A DNA stretch of 64,000 bases from assembly GCA_020148045.1 (NCBI GenBank), contig JAHCRG010000004.1, forward strand, positions 576 to 64,575, given 5' to 3'. Source of the stretch: Patescibacteria group bacterium (lineage in GTDB: Bacteria; Patescibacteriota; Minisyncoccia; Minisyncoccales; GWA2-38-27). The translations under genes and the position numbers were made by a program. The notes below the pieces were generated by a model. It was not told where the DNA came from, searched no databases, and saw only the letters and a program-made list of their open reading frames with translations. Positions 7,995-17,769 of the stretch are shown one piece after another. Position 1 is the stretch's first letter. Every line of letters begins with the position of its first letter.

Positions 7995-9248
7995 ATGTCT
8001 ATTATTGAAGTAAACAATTTGTCAAAAAGTTATCGTCTGGGGCATAATTTATTTTCTTATCGCTCGCTTAGAGATGAGATGGTAAGCTTTACAAAAAAAC
8101 CTGTCCTTTGGCTTAGAGGAAATAGAGAATTAAGAGAAAATTTTTGGGCTTTGAAAGATATCAGTTTTTCAGTGGAAGAAGGCGAGGTTCTGGGGATTAT
8201 TGGCAGAAACGGAGCTGGTAAAACCACTCTTTTGAAAATCTTATCTCAGATTACGCCTCCTACCAAAGGAGAAGCAGTAATCAAAGGCCGAGTCAGCAGT
8301 CTCCTAGAGGTTGGAACCGGTTTCCATCCGGAATTGACTGGCAAAGAAAATATTTATTTTAACGGTGCTCTTTTAGGAATGACAAAAAAAGAGATTAATT
8401 CCAAATTTGATGAAATCGTTAATTTTGCCGAACTCGAGAAATTCTTAGAGACTCCGGTGAAAAGATACTCCAGCGGAATGTATGTAAGATTAGCTTTTGC
8501 AATTGCTGCTCATTTAGAACCCGAGATACTTTTGGTGGATGAAGTATTAGCTGTTGGAGACACTGCTTTTCAAAAGAAATGTTTGGGAAAAATGAATAAA
8601 GTAGCTCAAAGCGGCAGGACCATTCTGTTTATAAGCCATAATATGGCAGCGATTGAAAACTTATGCACTAGAGCCATTGTTTTAGATGAAGGAAAGAAGA
8701 TTTTTGAAGGCGAAACAAAAAAAGCCATTGATCATTACCTTTTTAGTTATAAAACAGATAGACGAAATTTAAGAGATTTTAGTTCTCGAAAGGGAAATGG
8801 AGAACTCCGGATTGTTGATTTGAAATTTCGCAACAAAGATGGCAAAATAAGAAATTGCATACCCTGTGGAGAACCAATGGACATTCTTATGGAATACGAA
8901 AATTATGGACTTCCAAATAATACCGAAGTGTTTGTAACGTTATATGCCAAAACCGTTCGGGGCACTCCTCTTTTTGAAACAAATAATAAGCTGTCAGGGC
9001 TTCGGCTTGAGAGCAAGAATATTGGGAAACGAGGATTTTTCGTCTGTCATATTAATTCCCTTGCCTTAACTCCTTCAACTTATTTTTTAGATTTATATAT
9101 TAAGCGTTCAGGACAAATTAGTTTGGATGAGATTCCCGGTGCCAGAAAACTAGACATTGAAATGAGTAATTTTTTAGGTTCAGGACAACTTCCTTCCCCG
9201 GCAGCCGGCCCCTTAGTTTTAAAAACAGATTGGAAGGTTGAGAATTAA
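7995..9248 (+). CDS. ABC glycan exporter ATPase (Wzt/TagH-like) with about 170-aa C-terminal extension
   Basis: Walker A GRNGAGKTTLLK, signature YSSGMYVRLAF, Walker B LLVDEVLAVGD. An extra C-terminal domain (residues about 250-417) sits where Wzt carbohydrate-binding domains occur. Confidence 0.85.
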   Translation: MSIIEVNNLSKSYRLGHNLFSYRSLRDEMVSFTKKPVLWLRGNRELRENFWALKDISFSVEEGEVLGIIGRNGAGKTTLLKILSQITPPTKGEAVIKGRVSSLLEVGTGFHPELTGKENIYFNGALLGMTKKEINSKFDEIVNFAELEKFLETPVKRYSSGMYVRLAFAIAAHLEPEILLVDEVLAVGDTAFQKKCLGKMNKVAQSGRTILFISHNMAAIENLCTRAIVLDEGKKIFEGETKKAIDHYLFSYKTDRRNLRDFSSRKGNGELRIVDLKFRNKDGKIRNCIPCGEPMDILMEYENYGLPNNTEVFVTLYAKTVRGTPLFETNNKLSGLRLESKNIGKRGFFVCHINSLALTPSTYFLDLYIKRSGQISLDEIPGARKLDIEMSNFLGSGQLPSPAAGPLVLKTDWKVEN

Positions 9249-9280
9249 TTATATTATACATCTATGGAAAATATTACATC

Positions 9281-10558
9281 ATGAATATTCAAAAAAATAA
9301 TAATTTAATAGAAGGAAGAAAAAAAATCATCATTGTTGGTACTGGAGAGCATTATAAAAATATTTTATCTCCATCTTTAGATATTATGAAAAAAGAAGGA
9401 TCGTTTGAACTATTGACTACTGTCAGCAAAGAATCACCAGCTGATTTAAAAAAAACTAAATCTTTTCGAAAGGTTGAACACAGAATAAGAAAAAGGTCTG
9501 AAAAACTTAGTTCTTTACTTTCTGACTTTAAAAATCAGAACCCGGTTGTTATTTTGAGTCATATTAACGAGCTTCATACACCAGACGCATATGATTTGGT
9601 AAAAAATGGCTTTAAAGTGATGATAGAGAAGCCTTATTGCCTAAACAGATCTCAATTTGAGGTTATGCGAAATCTAATAAACCGGCACCCTGACAAAATT
9701 GGGTTATTAGAATACTATCTAATGATGAAATCAATTCCCTTGCTTATTTTAGCTGGCATGGTTAAAAAAGATAGTTTTTATTTCAAAAAAGAAGGGTTAT
9801 TAAAAATACATAAAGGATTGTATTCTTTTGTCAACAATGTAGATGAGTTATCTGGAAGAATAAAAGAATTTATCGGCACACCTAAGTTTATTTTGGTGGA
9901 TGTTCTTGAAGGCGAAGGTAATGTAGGAAGATTAGATCATAGGGGGGCTTTTCTATGCGATCGTAGAAAAGGAGGAGGAATGATTCAGGATTTGGGCATT
10001 CACGCCCTATCTCCTCTTTTTGCCCTTGAGGATTATATAGGGAATATTGGATCGTTTAAAAAAGGAAATATGAGAATTGCTAAATGTAAAGAATATGTTG
10101 ATATGGCAAAAAGAAAATTTGGCTTGTCAGATAAATACCTCGGGGAAACCTATGCTGAAATTGAGTTTTCAACATCAAAAGGTGTACAGGTAATGGTATC
10201 GGTGGGAAAGTATGTTTTAAATAATAAAAACCAGAGAAGAATAGTGATAGTGGGTAGTGAGGGACGAGTTTATTTTGATCTTTCTTCTTGTACGTTATTT
10301 GTCTCAACCGGAGAAAATTCTGAAATGAAAATTTTAGAAATCCCTAAAAAACCGGGTTGTAAATATTATTCTGTTCTAAAAGCAGCTCTTGAAGTTCTTG
10401 AAGGGCATAATCCTTTCAGTTTTAATGCTACCCTTGCAGCTTTAAGAACCCAGTCGTTTATTTTGAATATTCTTGAGAAAGCATATTTTAAAAATAATAA
10501 AATCCGTGTCTATAAAGCAAAGGCCTTACCCCAGAATATAGATACGCGTCCTATATGA
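9281..10558 (+). CDS. Gfo/Idh/MocA-like oxidoreductase (tentative)
   Basis: N-terminal IIIVGTGEHY Rossmann-like start and an MIEKPYC (EKP) motif. Confidence 0.4.
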   Translation: MNIQKNNNLIEGRKKIIIVGTGEHYKNILSPSLDIMKKEGSFELLTTVSKESPADLKKTKSFRKVEHRIRKRSEKLSSLLSDFKNQNPVVILSHINELHTPDAYDLVKNGFKVMIEKPYCLNRSQFEVMRNLINRHPDKIGLLEYYLMMKSIPLLILAGMVKKDSFYFKKEGLLKIHKGLYSFVNNVDELSGRIKEFIGTPKFILVDVLEGEGNVGRLDHRGAFLCDRRKGGGMIQDLGIHALSPLFALEDYIGNIGSFKKGNMRIAKCKEYVDMAKRKFGLSDKYLGETYAEIEFSTSKGVQVMVSVGKYVLNNKNQRRIVIVGSEGRVYFDLSSCTLFVSTGENSEMKILEIPKKPGCKYYSVLKAALEVLEGHNPFSFNATLAALRTQSFILNILEKAYFKNNKIRVYKAKALPQNIDTRPI

Positions 10559-11559
10559 AAAATATCTTTTTAAATCATTTTCATGAATCAGAAATAAAGC
10601 CGCAGGCTTTGTATGAACAATGGAGAAAAGCACTCAAGAAAGATCTTTTGGTATTGTTTCCCGACAAAAAGAAATTTGTGGCTGTGGGTTGTCCAGGATG
10701 TGGTAAACATAATTTTAAGTCAGTGTTTACTAAGTTTGGATTTGAGTATCAACGTTGTAATTTATGTGATAGCTTATTTGTCTCTCCAAGACCAAATACA
10801 AGAACTATAAGAAAATTTTACAAGAATTCTCAGGCAGTGAAATTTTGGGGAAAGAAAATAATGAGGGCTTCTATATCTGCCCGTCGTCGCTATCAATTGT
10901 TTCCTTTATATGTATGGTTTATGGATTTAATAAAAGATTACAAACCTGAAGCTAGAGTAGTCGCTGATTACGAGCCAAAATATTTTAGTTTATTTCTTCC
11001 TGATAAAAATTTCTATACAAAATTTGAGAAAATTATTTTTATAAATCCTTTAGTTTTAGAGCGTAATTTCTCAACTAAGAATATTAAAGTAGTTAATAAT
11101 TTCAGTAATTTAAAAAATAAAGTTGATGTTTTCACCGCTTTTGAGGTTTTAGATAGAGAATTTGACCCAGTTTCTTTTATTAAAAAAGTAAGCAGAATTT
11201 GTCGTAAAGGAGGATTATTTCTTTTAACTGTTAATACTATTAGTGGCTTTGAATATCAAATACTAGGTAAAAATTCACAGAGGCTTGTGCCCCCAGATCG
11301 TTTAAATCTCCTTTCTGTTGAAGCCATTCATCAACTTTTAACCAATGAAGGATTCAGAATTCTTGATATAAGTTCCCCTGGTAAATTAGACGTAGAAATA
11401 GTGGCTAATACTTTTAAGAGTAATTCCAATATTGATATGCCAGAATTTTTAAAATATATGTTTAAGCATCGAAGTAAAGACGCTTGGGAAAATCTTCAAG
11501 ATTTTCTTCAGCTTAATAAATTAAGTTCTTATTTAAGGATCGCGGCTGTAAAAAAGTAA
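10555..11559 (+). CDS. Zinc-ribbon protein, possibly a degenerate methyltransferase
   Basis: The Cys4 ribbon CPGCG...CNLCDS resembles the N-terminal Zn domain of sugar methyltransferases. No clear GxGxG SAM motif is seen. Confidence 0.3.
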   Translation: MKNIFLNHFHESEIKPQALYEQWRKALKKDLLVLFPDKKKFVAVGCPGCGKHNFKSVFTKFGFEYQRCNLCDSLFVSPRPNTRTIRKFYKNSQAVKFWGKKIMRASISARRRYQLFPLYVWFMDLIKDYKPEARVVADYEPKYFSLFLPDKNFYTKFEKIIFINPLVLERNFSTKNIKVVNNFSNLKNKVDVFTAFEVLDREFDPVSFIKKVSRICRKGGLFLLTVNTISGFEYQILGKNSQRLVPPDRLNLLSVEAIHQLLTNEGFRILDISSPGKLDVEIVANTFKSNSNIDMPEFLKYMFKHRSKDAWENLQDFLQLNKLSSYLRIAAVKK

Positions 11560-11562
11560 AAA

Positions 11563-12228
11563 TTGAATAATAAACTATTAAAATATATAAGCATTATGCC
11601 TAAAAGAAATATTAAAAAAATATATAAAAAACATCCTCAACCTATGGAGTATTTTAGAGAGTACTCTAAATATGTTTTCCATTTATTAGCAAATCTGGAT
11701 TACAACACCATTGAAAAAATTACCAAAATTATTTTAGAAAAAAATAAACAAGAGAGAACACTATTTTTAATTGGTAATGGCGGGAGTGCCGCTACCGCTT
11801 CTCACCTTGCTACTGATATTTCACACGGGATTTTATTAAAAGGTAAACCTTTAATTAAAGCAGTTAGCCTTGTTGACAGCATCCCTTTAATAACTGCTAT
11901 TTGTAATGATAAAGGATACGAGAAAATATTTACTACTCAAATTAAAAATTTATTCCGAAAGGGAGATGTATTAATAGCGATTTCTGCCAGTGGAAACTCT
12001 CTCAATATTATAAAATCCGTAAGGCTTGCTAAAAAAATGGGTGGAATAACTATTGGTCTGGTGGGATTTGATGGGGGGAGATTAGCAAAAATCTGTGATT
12101 ATGTTGTTCATGTCCGAACCGAAAAAGGCCAGTATGGTCCAGTAGAAGATATACATAGTTTTCTGGGCCATATGATTACTTCCTATTTGGGTTTAGCTTT
12201 AAACAAAAAGAAAAAGAGGATTTTATGA
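11563..12228 (+). CDS. SIS-domain phosphosugar isomerase, GmhA-like (sedoheptulose-7-phosphate isomerase family)
   Basis: LFLIGNGGSAATASHLATD and AISASGNS blocks. The track start is TTG; an alternative ATG lies at 11596. Confidence 0.7.
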   Translation: MNNKLLKYISIMPKRNIKKIYKKHPQPMEYFREYSKYVFHLLANLDYNTIEKITKIILEKNKQERTLFLIGNGGSAATASHLATDISHGILLKGKPLIKAVSLVDSIPLITAICNDKGYEKIFTTQIKNLFRKGDVLIAISASGNSLNIIKSVRLAKKMGGITIGLVGFDGGRLAKICDYVVHVRTEKGQYGPVEDIHSFLGHMITSYLGLALNKKKKRIL

Positions 12229-13040
12229 AAATTTATTTTAATACCAAAGCTTTTGATTGTCTTGAAGAAAAAAAGAAATTAGATTTAACCGAGGATGTTT
12301 CCCAAGCTGATATTCTTGTTTTGGGAGCTAAGCCAGTTGATTTCTCAAAAGCATCAAACGTAAAAGCTGTTTATCGTTTTGGAGTTGGCCGTGAAAATAT
12401 CCCCGATGAATTGCTAAAAAAGGGTATTCCTCAGGTTTTTTTTCCGAGCGAGAAAGCAAAAGAAATCCTGTATGAATCGACAGCTAATTTCACTGTTTTT
12501 CTAATATTCCAAATGTATTATTGTCCAGTAACCGGAGACATTGACCAATGGGTTAAAAAAACCAGGAATTTTTTCAGAAAAAAGAATCTTTTAATAATAG
12601 GTTTAGGAAATATAGGACAAAGAATAGCAAAAAAAATGGAATTATTTATGAGTGTTAAAACCTACGATATTAAAGAGAATAAATCAGAAGCATTAAAACC
12701 TTTAATTGAATCAGCAGATATTATTACTTTGCATATTCCTTTGTCAAAAGAAAATGAAAATTTTATAGATGCTGAGAAACTTTCTTGGATGAAAAACGAT
12801 GCTATTTTAATAAATACTTCAAGAGGAATTATTGTAGATGAAGAAGCGCTTTACCAGAAGATGCAAAATTCCAACCTTAGAGCAGGTTTTGATGTTTTTT
12901 GGCAAGAACCCTATAATGGAAAACTTAAAGTTTTTGGTCAATCAAAATTTTTTATGACCCCTCACAGCGCCAGTCAAACCATTGAGTTTGTCAAAGAGGG
13001 GTTTAGAGATATATTAGAAATTATTAAAAAGTATGAATAA
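12225..13040 (+). CDS. D-isomer-specific 2-hydroxyacid dehydrogenase family protein
   Basis: IIGLGNIGQRIAKK NAD-binding motif, HIPL, NTSRGIIVDEEAL, and a TPH...S catalytic-region pattern. Confidence 0.7.
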   Translation: MKIYFNTKAFDCLEEKKKLDLTEDVSQADILVLGAKPVDFSKASNVKAVYRFGVGRENIPDELLKKGIPQVFFPSEKAKEILYESTANFTVFLIFQMYYCPVTGDIDQWVKKTRNFFRKKNLLIIGLGNIGQRIAKKMELFMSVKTYDIKENKSEALKPLIESADIITLHIPLSKENENFIDAEKLSWMKNDAILINTSRGIIVDEEALYQKMQNSNLRAGFDVFWQEPYNGKLKVFGQSKFFMTPHSASQTIEFVKEGFRDILEIIKKYE

Positions 13041-13773
13041 AAAAATAAATTTCAGAAATAAAACAGCTTTAATAACCGGAGCAACCCAGGGAATTGGTGA
13101 ATGTATCGCTAATTCTTTATGGGAGTTGGGATGCAATATTATTGCAACAGGTTTAGAAATTAATCCACCCAAAAGAATAACCAAAAAAACAAGATTTAAT
13201 TATCACCAGTTAGATTTCTTGGATCCCGAAAGTTTGAATAAATTTTTAGATTATATAAAAGGTTTTAATAATATTGATATATTAATTAATAATGCCGGAA
13301 TTTGTATTAATCAGCCCATAGACGAAATAGCGGAAGAAAACTGGTACAAAGTTCTTCAAGTAAATTTAACTGGTCCCATGATTCTAATAAAAACAGCGGC
13401 AAAAATTATGAAAAAGAAAAAAAATGGTAAGATACTTAACATTAGTTCAATTTTTGGGGTGGTATCAAAAGAAACGCGGAATGCTTATTCTGCCAGCAAA
13501 TCAGGTTTAATAGGGTTAACCAGGGCAACGAGTTTAGATTTAGCAAAATACAATATTTTAGTAAATGCCTTGTGTCCAGGATTTACTTTAACAAAACTTA
13601 CTAAATCCGTATTAGGTAAAGCCGGAATAGCTAAAATGAGAAAAACCATTCCTTTGCAGCAACTTGCTAAAGTTGATGATATAGCCAACGTTGCTTTATT
13701 TCTTTGCTCGGATTTAAATACCTATATCACCGGGCAAACAATAATTGCCGACGGAGGTTTCACAGTACAATGA
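13033..13773 (+). CDS. Short-chain dehydrogenase/reductase (FabG-like)
   Basis: TGATQGIGECIA (TGxxxGIG), NNAG, S...YSASK (YxxxK), and a PG.T tail. Confidence 0.8.
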   Translation: MNKKINFRNKTALITGATQGIGECIANSLWELGCNIIATGLEINPPKRITKKTRFNYHQLDFLDPESLNKFLDYIKGFNNIDILINNAGICINQPIDEIAEENWYKVLQVNLTGPMILIKTAAKIMKKKKNGKILNISSIFGVVSKETRNAYSASKSGLIGLTRATSLDLAKYNILVNALCPGFTLTKLTKSVLGKAGIAKMRKTIPLQQLAKVDDIANVALFLCSDLNTYITGQTIIADGGFTVQ

Positions 13774-14837
13774 TAATAAAATCTAAGATAAAAAATTATA
13801 CAATGGAACTTACAGACAAGGTATTGGAGCAGAAAGATTTATTAAAAACAGATAATATTCATCAAAAATATTTATATTTAATTGATGATAGTGTTTATAA
13901 GATTTACCAAAAGCAACTTGAGCCTTTTATTGGTAAAAATAATTTAGTTATTATACCGGCTACTGAAGATTCTAAATCTTTTCATTCGCTAGCTAAAATT
14001 TACCGAGCGTTAATTAATAATGAATTTAGAAAAAAAGATACCTTAGTAACATTTGGGGGAGGGGTGCTTCAAGATATTAGCGGATTTATTGCTTCAACGA
14101 TTTATCGAGGCGTGAAATGGGTATTTTTTCCAACTACCCTTTTAGCTCAGGCAGATAGTTGTATTGGTTCAAAGACCTCAATAAATTTCGATGAAAGTAA
14201 AAATTTAATCGGAACTTTTTATCCCCCGGATAAAATATATATAGATATTAATTTTCTCAGCACCTTAAAAGATGATTATTTTTATAGTGGGGTAGGTGAA
14301 ATTATTAAATTTCACCTTATGGCTGATAATAAAAGATATCAATTATTGAGAAAATTTTTGGCTACTTCCGACCTCAAAAAATCAAATATCTTAAAAAAGA
14401 TAATAAAATCTACTTTGTTTATAAAAAAATCGTACTTTGAAGGAGATGAACTTGATTTGGGTAGAAGAAACTTGTTAAATTATGGCCACTGTTTCGGACA
14501 TGCCTTAGAATCAGCAAGTAATTTTGCTGTTTCTCATGGACAAGCCGTAATTGTGGGAATGGGATTTGCCAATCTTTTGTCTTTAAAAAGAGGCCTAATG
14601 ACAAAAGAAAAATATGATGAATTTGAAGAAATTTTAGAGAAATATTATCCTCGCTTTGATATCTCAAAAATTAGTATAGGAGATATTATATATCATTTAA
14701 AACGTGATAAAAAAAGAGTTGGCAAGGATTTAACCATGATTCTCTCTCAAGATATTGGCAAACAATTTAAATTTAACGACATAAAAGAAAAAGAAATTAT
14801 AGAAACCTTTAATGATTTTGTAAAAAATTATGACTGA
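13770..14837 (+). CDS. 3-dehydroquinate synthase-like sugar-phosphate cyclase
   Basis: FGGGVLQDISGFIASTIYRGVKWVFFPTTLLAQADSCIGSKTSINF and NYGHCFGHALE match DHQS-family core blocks. ATG 13770 overlaps the SDR stop. Confidence 0.8.
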   Translation: MIIKSKIKNYTMELTDKVLEQKDLLKTDNIHQKYLYLIDDSVYKIYQKQLEPFIGKNNLVIIPATEDSKSFHSLAKIYRALINNEFRKKDTLVTFGGGVLQDISGFIASTIYRGVKWVFFPTTLLAQADSCIGSKTSINFDESKNLIGTFYPPDKIYIDINFLSTLKDDYFYSGVGEIIKFHLMADNKRYQLLRKFLATSDLKKSNILKKIIKSTLFIKKSYFEGDELDLGRRNLLNYGHCFGHALESASNFAVSHGQAVIVGMGFANLLSLKRGLMTKEKYDEFEEILEKYYPRFDISKISIGDIIYHLKRDKKRVGKDLTMILSQDIGKQFKFNDIKEKEIIETFNDFVKNYD

Positions 14838-15531
14838 GAAATATAAAGTCACTGCCTTATTACCAATGAAGGGTCATAGTGAACGTATACCTGAAAAAAA
14901 TATAAAACTCTTAGGGGGGAAACCGCTTTTTTTTCATGTATTGGAGAGCTTAGAATCAACTAAATTTGTTTATGAAATTATAGTAAATACAGATAGTCAA
15001 AAGATAATTTCTCTTATAAAAAAGAATTTCCCAAGAGTGGTTATAATAAAAAGACCTCAACATTTATTGGGCGATAAGGTTCCGATGACACCACTAATAG
15101 AACATGACATAAAATTTGCTAAAACAAAACATTTTTTACAAACCCATGCTGTTACCCCACTTTTAAAAGCAAGTACCTTTGATAAGGCAATCAAAACTTA
15201 TTTTGAGGGACTGAACAAGGGGGCTGATTCTGTAATAGGAGTTACCAGATACCAGACAAGATTTTATAACCATAACAAACATCCTATTAATCACGACCCA
15301 AATATAATGGTTCCATCACAAGATATGCCTCCCTTATACGAAGATAACTCTTGCTTTTACATAAATTCAATTGAAAATTTTTTAAAACGCAAAGACCGAG
15401 TAGGTAAAAATCCAATTTTCGTTGAGATATCTAAATTAGAAAATGTAGAGATTGATGAAGAAGAGGATTTTGTTCTGGCTGAGGCTCTCTTTAATTTTTT
15501 AAAAAATAAAAGTAAATATTATGGGAAATAA
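14830..15531 (+). CDS. Acylneuraminate-type cytidylyltransferase (CMP-sugar synthetase, second copy in locus)
   Basis: ALLPMKGHSERIPEKNIKLLGGKPLFFHVLESL matches the CTP_transf_3 N-terminal signature. Confidence 0.7.
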   Translation: MTEKYKVTALLPMKGHSERIPEKNIKLLGGKPLFFHVLESLESTKFVYEIIVNTDSQKIISLIKKNFPRVVIIKRPQHLLGDKVPMTPLIEHDIKFAKTKHFLQTHAVTPLLKASTFDKAIKTYFEGLNKGADSVIGVTRYQTRFYNHNKHPINHDPNIMVPSQDMPPLYEDNSCFYINSIENFLKRKDRVGKNPIFVEISKLENVEIDEEEDFVLAEALFNFLKNKSKYYGK

Positions 15532-16261
15532 TAATGAAGTATATGTTGGGGGCTGGTTAACTCGGCCAAATAACGCAATTACAGAAGTTATGGCTAAAAG
15601 CGGGTATTTTGACTGGCTTGCTATAGATATAGAACACAACCCTATTTCAATTAACCAGGTAGAAGATATGATACGAATAATACAGCTTTCCAATGTAGAA
15701 GCTTTTGTTCGTTTATCAGAAAATAATCCTACCTTAATTAAACGAGTTCTGGATGCCGGGGCTGACGGTATTATAGTCCCCATGGTAAACTCAGCCGATG
15801 ATGTTAAAAAAGCAAAGGATGCATGTTTTTATCCATCTCGAGGTAAACGAGGTGTGGGATTATCCCGTGCCCAGAATTATAACCCATCTGGTTTACAAAA
15901 ATATATAAAGGATAAAGAACCAAAAACAAAAATCATAATACAAATTGAACATATTGATGCAGTAAAGCAAATTAATGAAATATTTTCTGTTAAAGGTGTC
16001 TTTGGTTACTTTATAGGACCATATGATTTATCCGCCTCTTTAGGTAAACCCGGAGATTTTAAATGCAAAGAAGTTATTGAAGCACTTAAAATTGTAAAGC
16101 AAGCAGGAATCAAATACCAGATTCGAGCAGGCTATCATGTTATTGAACCTGACCCTCAAGAAGTACTAAATAAGAAAAAAGAAGGTTATAAAATTATAGC
16201 TGTATCAACAGATATGTTATTCTTTTTAAGGGGTTTAGAATTGGCATTTAAAAACAATTAA
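15521..16261 (+). CDS. HpcH/HpaI-family class II (pyruvate-dependent) aldolase
   Basis: GYFDWLAIDIEHNP, VRLSENNPTLIKRVLDAGADGIIVPMV, and YPSRGKRGVG match the HpcH/HpaI/GarL/YfaU aldolase blocks. Confidence 0.8.
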   Translation: MGNNNEVYVGGWLTRPNNAITEVMAKSGYFDWLAIDIEHNPISINQVEDMIRIIQLSNVEAFVRLSENNPTLIKRVLDAGADGIIVPMVNSADDVKKAKDACFYPSRGKRGVGLSRAQNYNPSGLQKYIKDKEPKTKIIIQIEHIDAVKQINEIFSVKGVFGYFIGPYDLSASLGKPGDFKCKEVIEALKIVKQAGIKYQIRAGYHVIEPDPQEVLNKKKEGYKIIAVSTDMLFFLRGLELAFKNN

Positions 16262-16268
16262 ATACAAT

Positions 16269-16727
16269 ATGATATTTGATACCATAAATAATCTAAGTAA
16301 ATATAAATCAATACCCAACCTTGACCTTATTGTTGATTTTATTAAAGACAAAAATCTTTTAGATTTATCAGAAAGTGAAATTGAAATAAAAGGAAGAAAT
16401 CTTTTTGTTAAAGCGCTTCGTTATTTCCCAAAACTTGCAGAAGAAAGAAACTTTGAAACCCATAAAATATACACCGATGTTCAAATTATAGTCAAAGGTG
16501 TGGAAAAAATACAAATTACAAATAAAGAGAATTTAAAAGAAGAGATTGAAGATAAAAAAGACCGAGAAGATTTTCAGCTTTTTACTGCCTCTGGTGATAT
16601 CTCAGAGATTATTGCTAAAGAAAGTAATTTTGTTGTCTTTTTCCCGGGCGAACCCCATAAACCCAGCTGCGTTTACCAAAAATTAGACAAACCGATTATG
16701 AAATTAATCTTTAAAACAACTCCTTAA
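16269..16727 (+). CDS. YhcH/YjgK/YiaL (DUF386) family protein, sialic-acid-associated beta-barrel
   Basis: 152 aa. MIFDTINNLSKY..., ETHKIYTDVQIIVKGVEKI, and FFPGEPHKP resemble the YhcH/EbgC-like family. Confidence 0.7.
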   Translation: MIFDTINNLSKYKSIPNLDLIVDFIKDKNLLDLSESEIEIKGRNLFVKALRYFPKLAEERNFETHKIYTDVQIIVKGVEKIQITNKENLKEEIEDKKDREDFQLFTASGDISEIIAKESNFVVFFPGEPHKPSCVYQKLDKPIMKLIFKTTP

Positions 16728-16749
16728 AAATATAATAAAAAAATAAGAT

Positions 16750-17769
16750 ATGAATTTTATTCCAAAAACGATAAAAAAAATTATCCCTGATCCATTTAAG
16801 GTTTTCTATATCCAAATGTGTGATTATTTGAGAAGAACCAACTTAGGGAAAAGGCTTCCCTTTAAGTTAGTATTAATTGAAACCACAACTTATTGTAATC
16901 TAAAATGTAAAGGTTGCTACCGTACTACGCATGATTATCCTAGTAAAAATAAACAGATGTCATTAGATGATTTTAAAATATATATAAATCAGTTGCCACG
17001 CGCTGATAATTTAACACTGCATGGTATGGGAGAACCAACAATTAATCCTGCTTTACCCGAAATGGTTGAATATGCACGTAAGAGTGGTAAATTTAAGCGA
17101 ATTACGTTTACAACAAATGCTTTGGTTCATAATCCTATTATCTATGATGAATTATTTCAAAGAGGATTAAGCGATTTTAGTATATCTGTAGACTCGTTGG
17201 ATCCCCAAGAAGTTGCTAAATTAAGACCATCTACTGATGTGGAGCTTCTAATCAAGAATATTAAATATTTAGTTGATAAATATTCAGATAAGATTAAGTT
17301 TGGTATTCTCATAAGTAAAGGAAATATCAATACTTTTCATCAGACAATTAAAAAATTAACTGATATTGGCGCTAAGTTGATAACCTGCGGACTTTTTAGC
17401 GACTTTGGTTATCCGGTGTTGTGTCTATCTTCTAAGGAGAAGAAAGAATTTTTAGAACGGAAAAAACAGATTAAAATTAAAGGTGTCAAGATAATATCAA
17501 CGGGATGGTTCAAACCTGTTACACAGCCATGTCGTATGGTTAACCAAGCTGTTCTTGTAGAGGTTGATGGAAATTTAGCTCCTTGCTGTTATAAAATAGA
17601 TAGAGGCATATCTTTTGGAAACTTGAAGAAAACCCCGTTTAAAAAAGATATTTTCCTAAAGAAAAATAACGATTTGCAACGTAATATAACGAAAGGAAAA
17701 TATCCATCTTTTTGTAAGAGTTGTTTGGGAAATCACATTGAATTTAAACTAAAAAAAGAAAAACAATGA
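16750..17769 (+). CDS. Radical SAM enzyme with C-terminal auxiliary-cluster (twitch/SPASM-like) Cys motifs
   Basis: CNLKCKGC is the CxxxCxxC motif. C-terminal C-x13-G-x4-PCC and FCKSC motifs are present. Confidence 0.8.
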   Translation: MNFIPKTIKKIIPDPFKVFYIQMCDYLRRTNLGKRLPFKLVLIETTTYCNLKCKGCYRTTHDYPSKNKQMSLDDFKIYINQLPRADNLTLHGMGEPTINPALPEMVEYARKSGKFKRITFTTNALVHNPIIYDELFQRGLSDFSISVDSLDPQEVAKLRPSTDVELLIKNIKYLVDKYSDKIKFGILISKGNINTFHQTIKKLTDIGAKLITCGLFSDFGYPVLCLSSKEKKEFLERKKQIKIKGVKIISTGWFKPVTQPCRMVNQAVLVEVDGNLAPCCYKIDRGISFGNLKKTPFKKDIFLKKNNDLQRNITKGKYPSFCKSCLGNHIEFKLKKEKQ

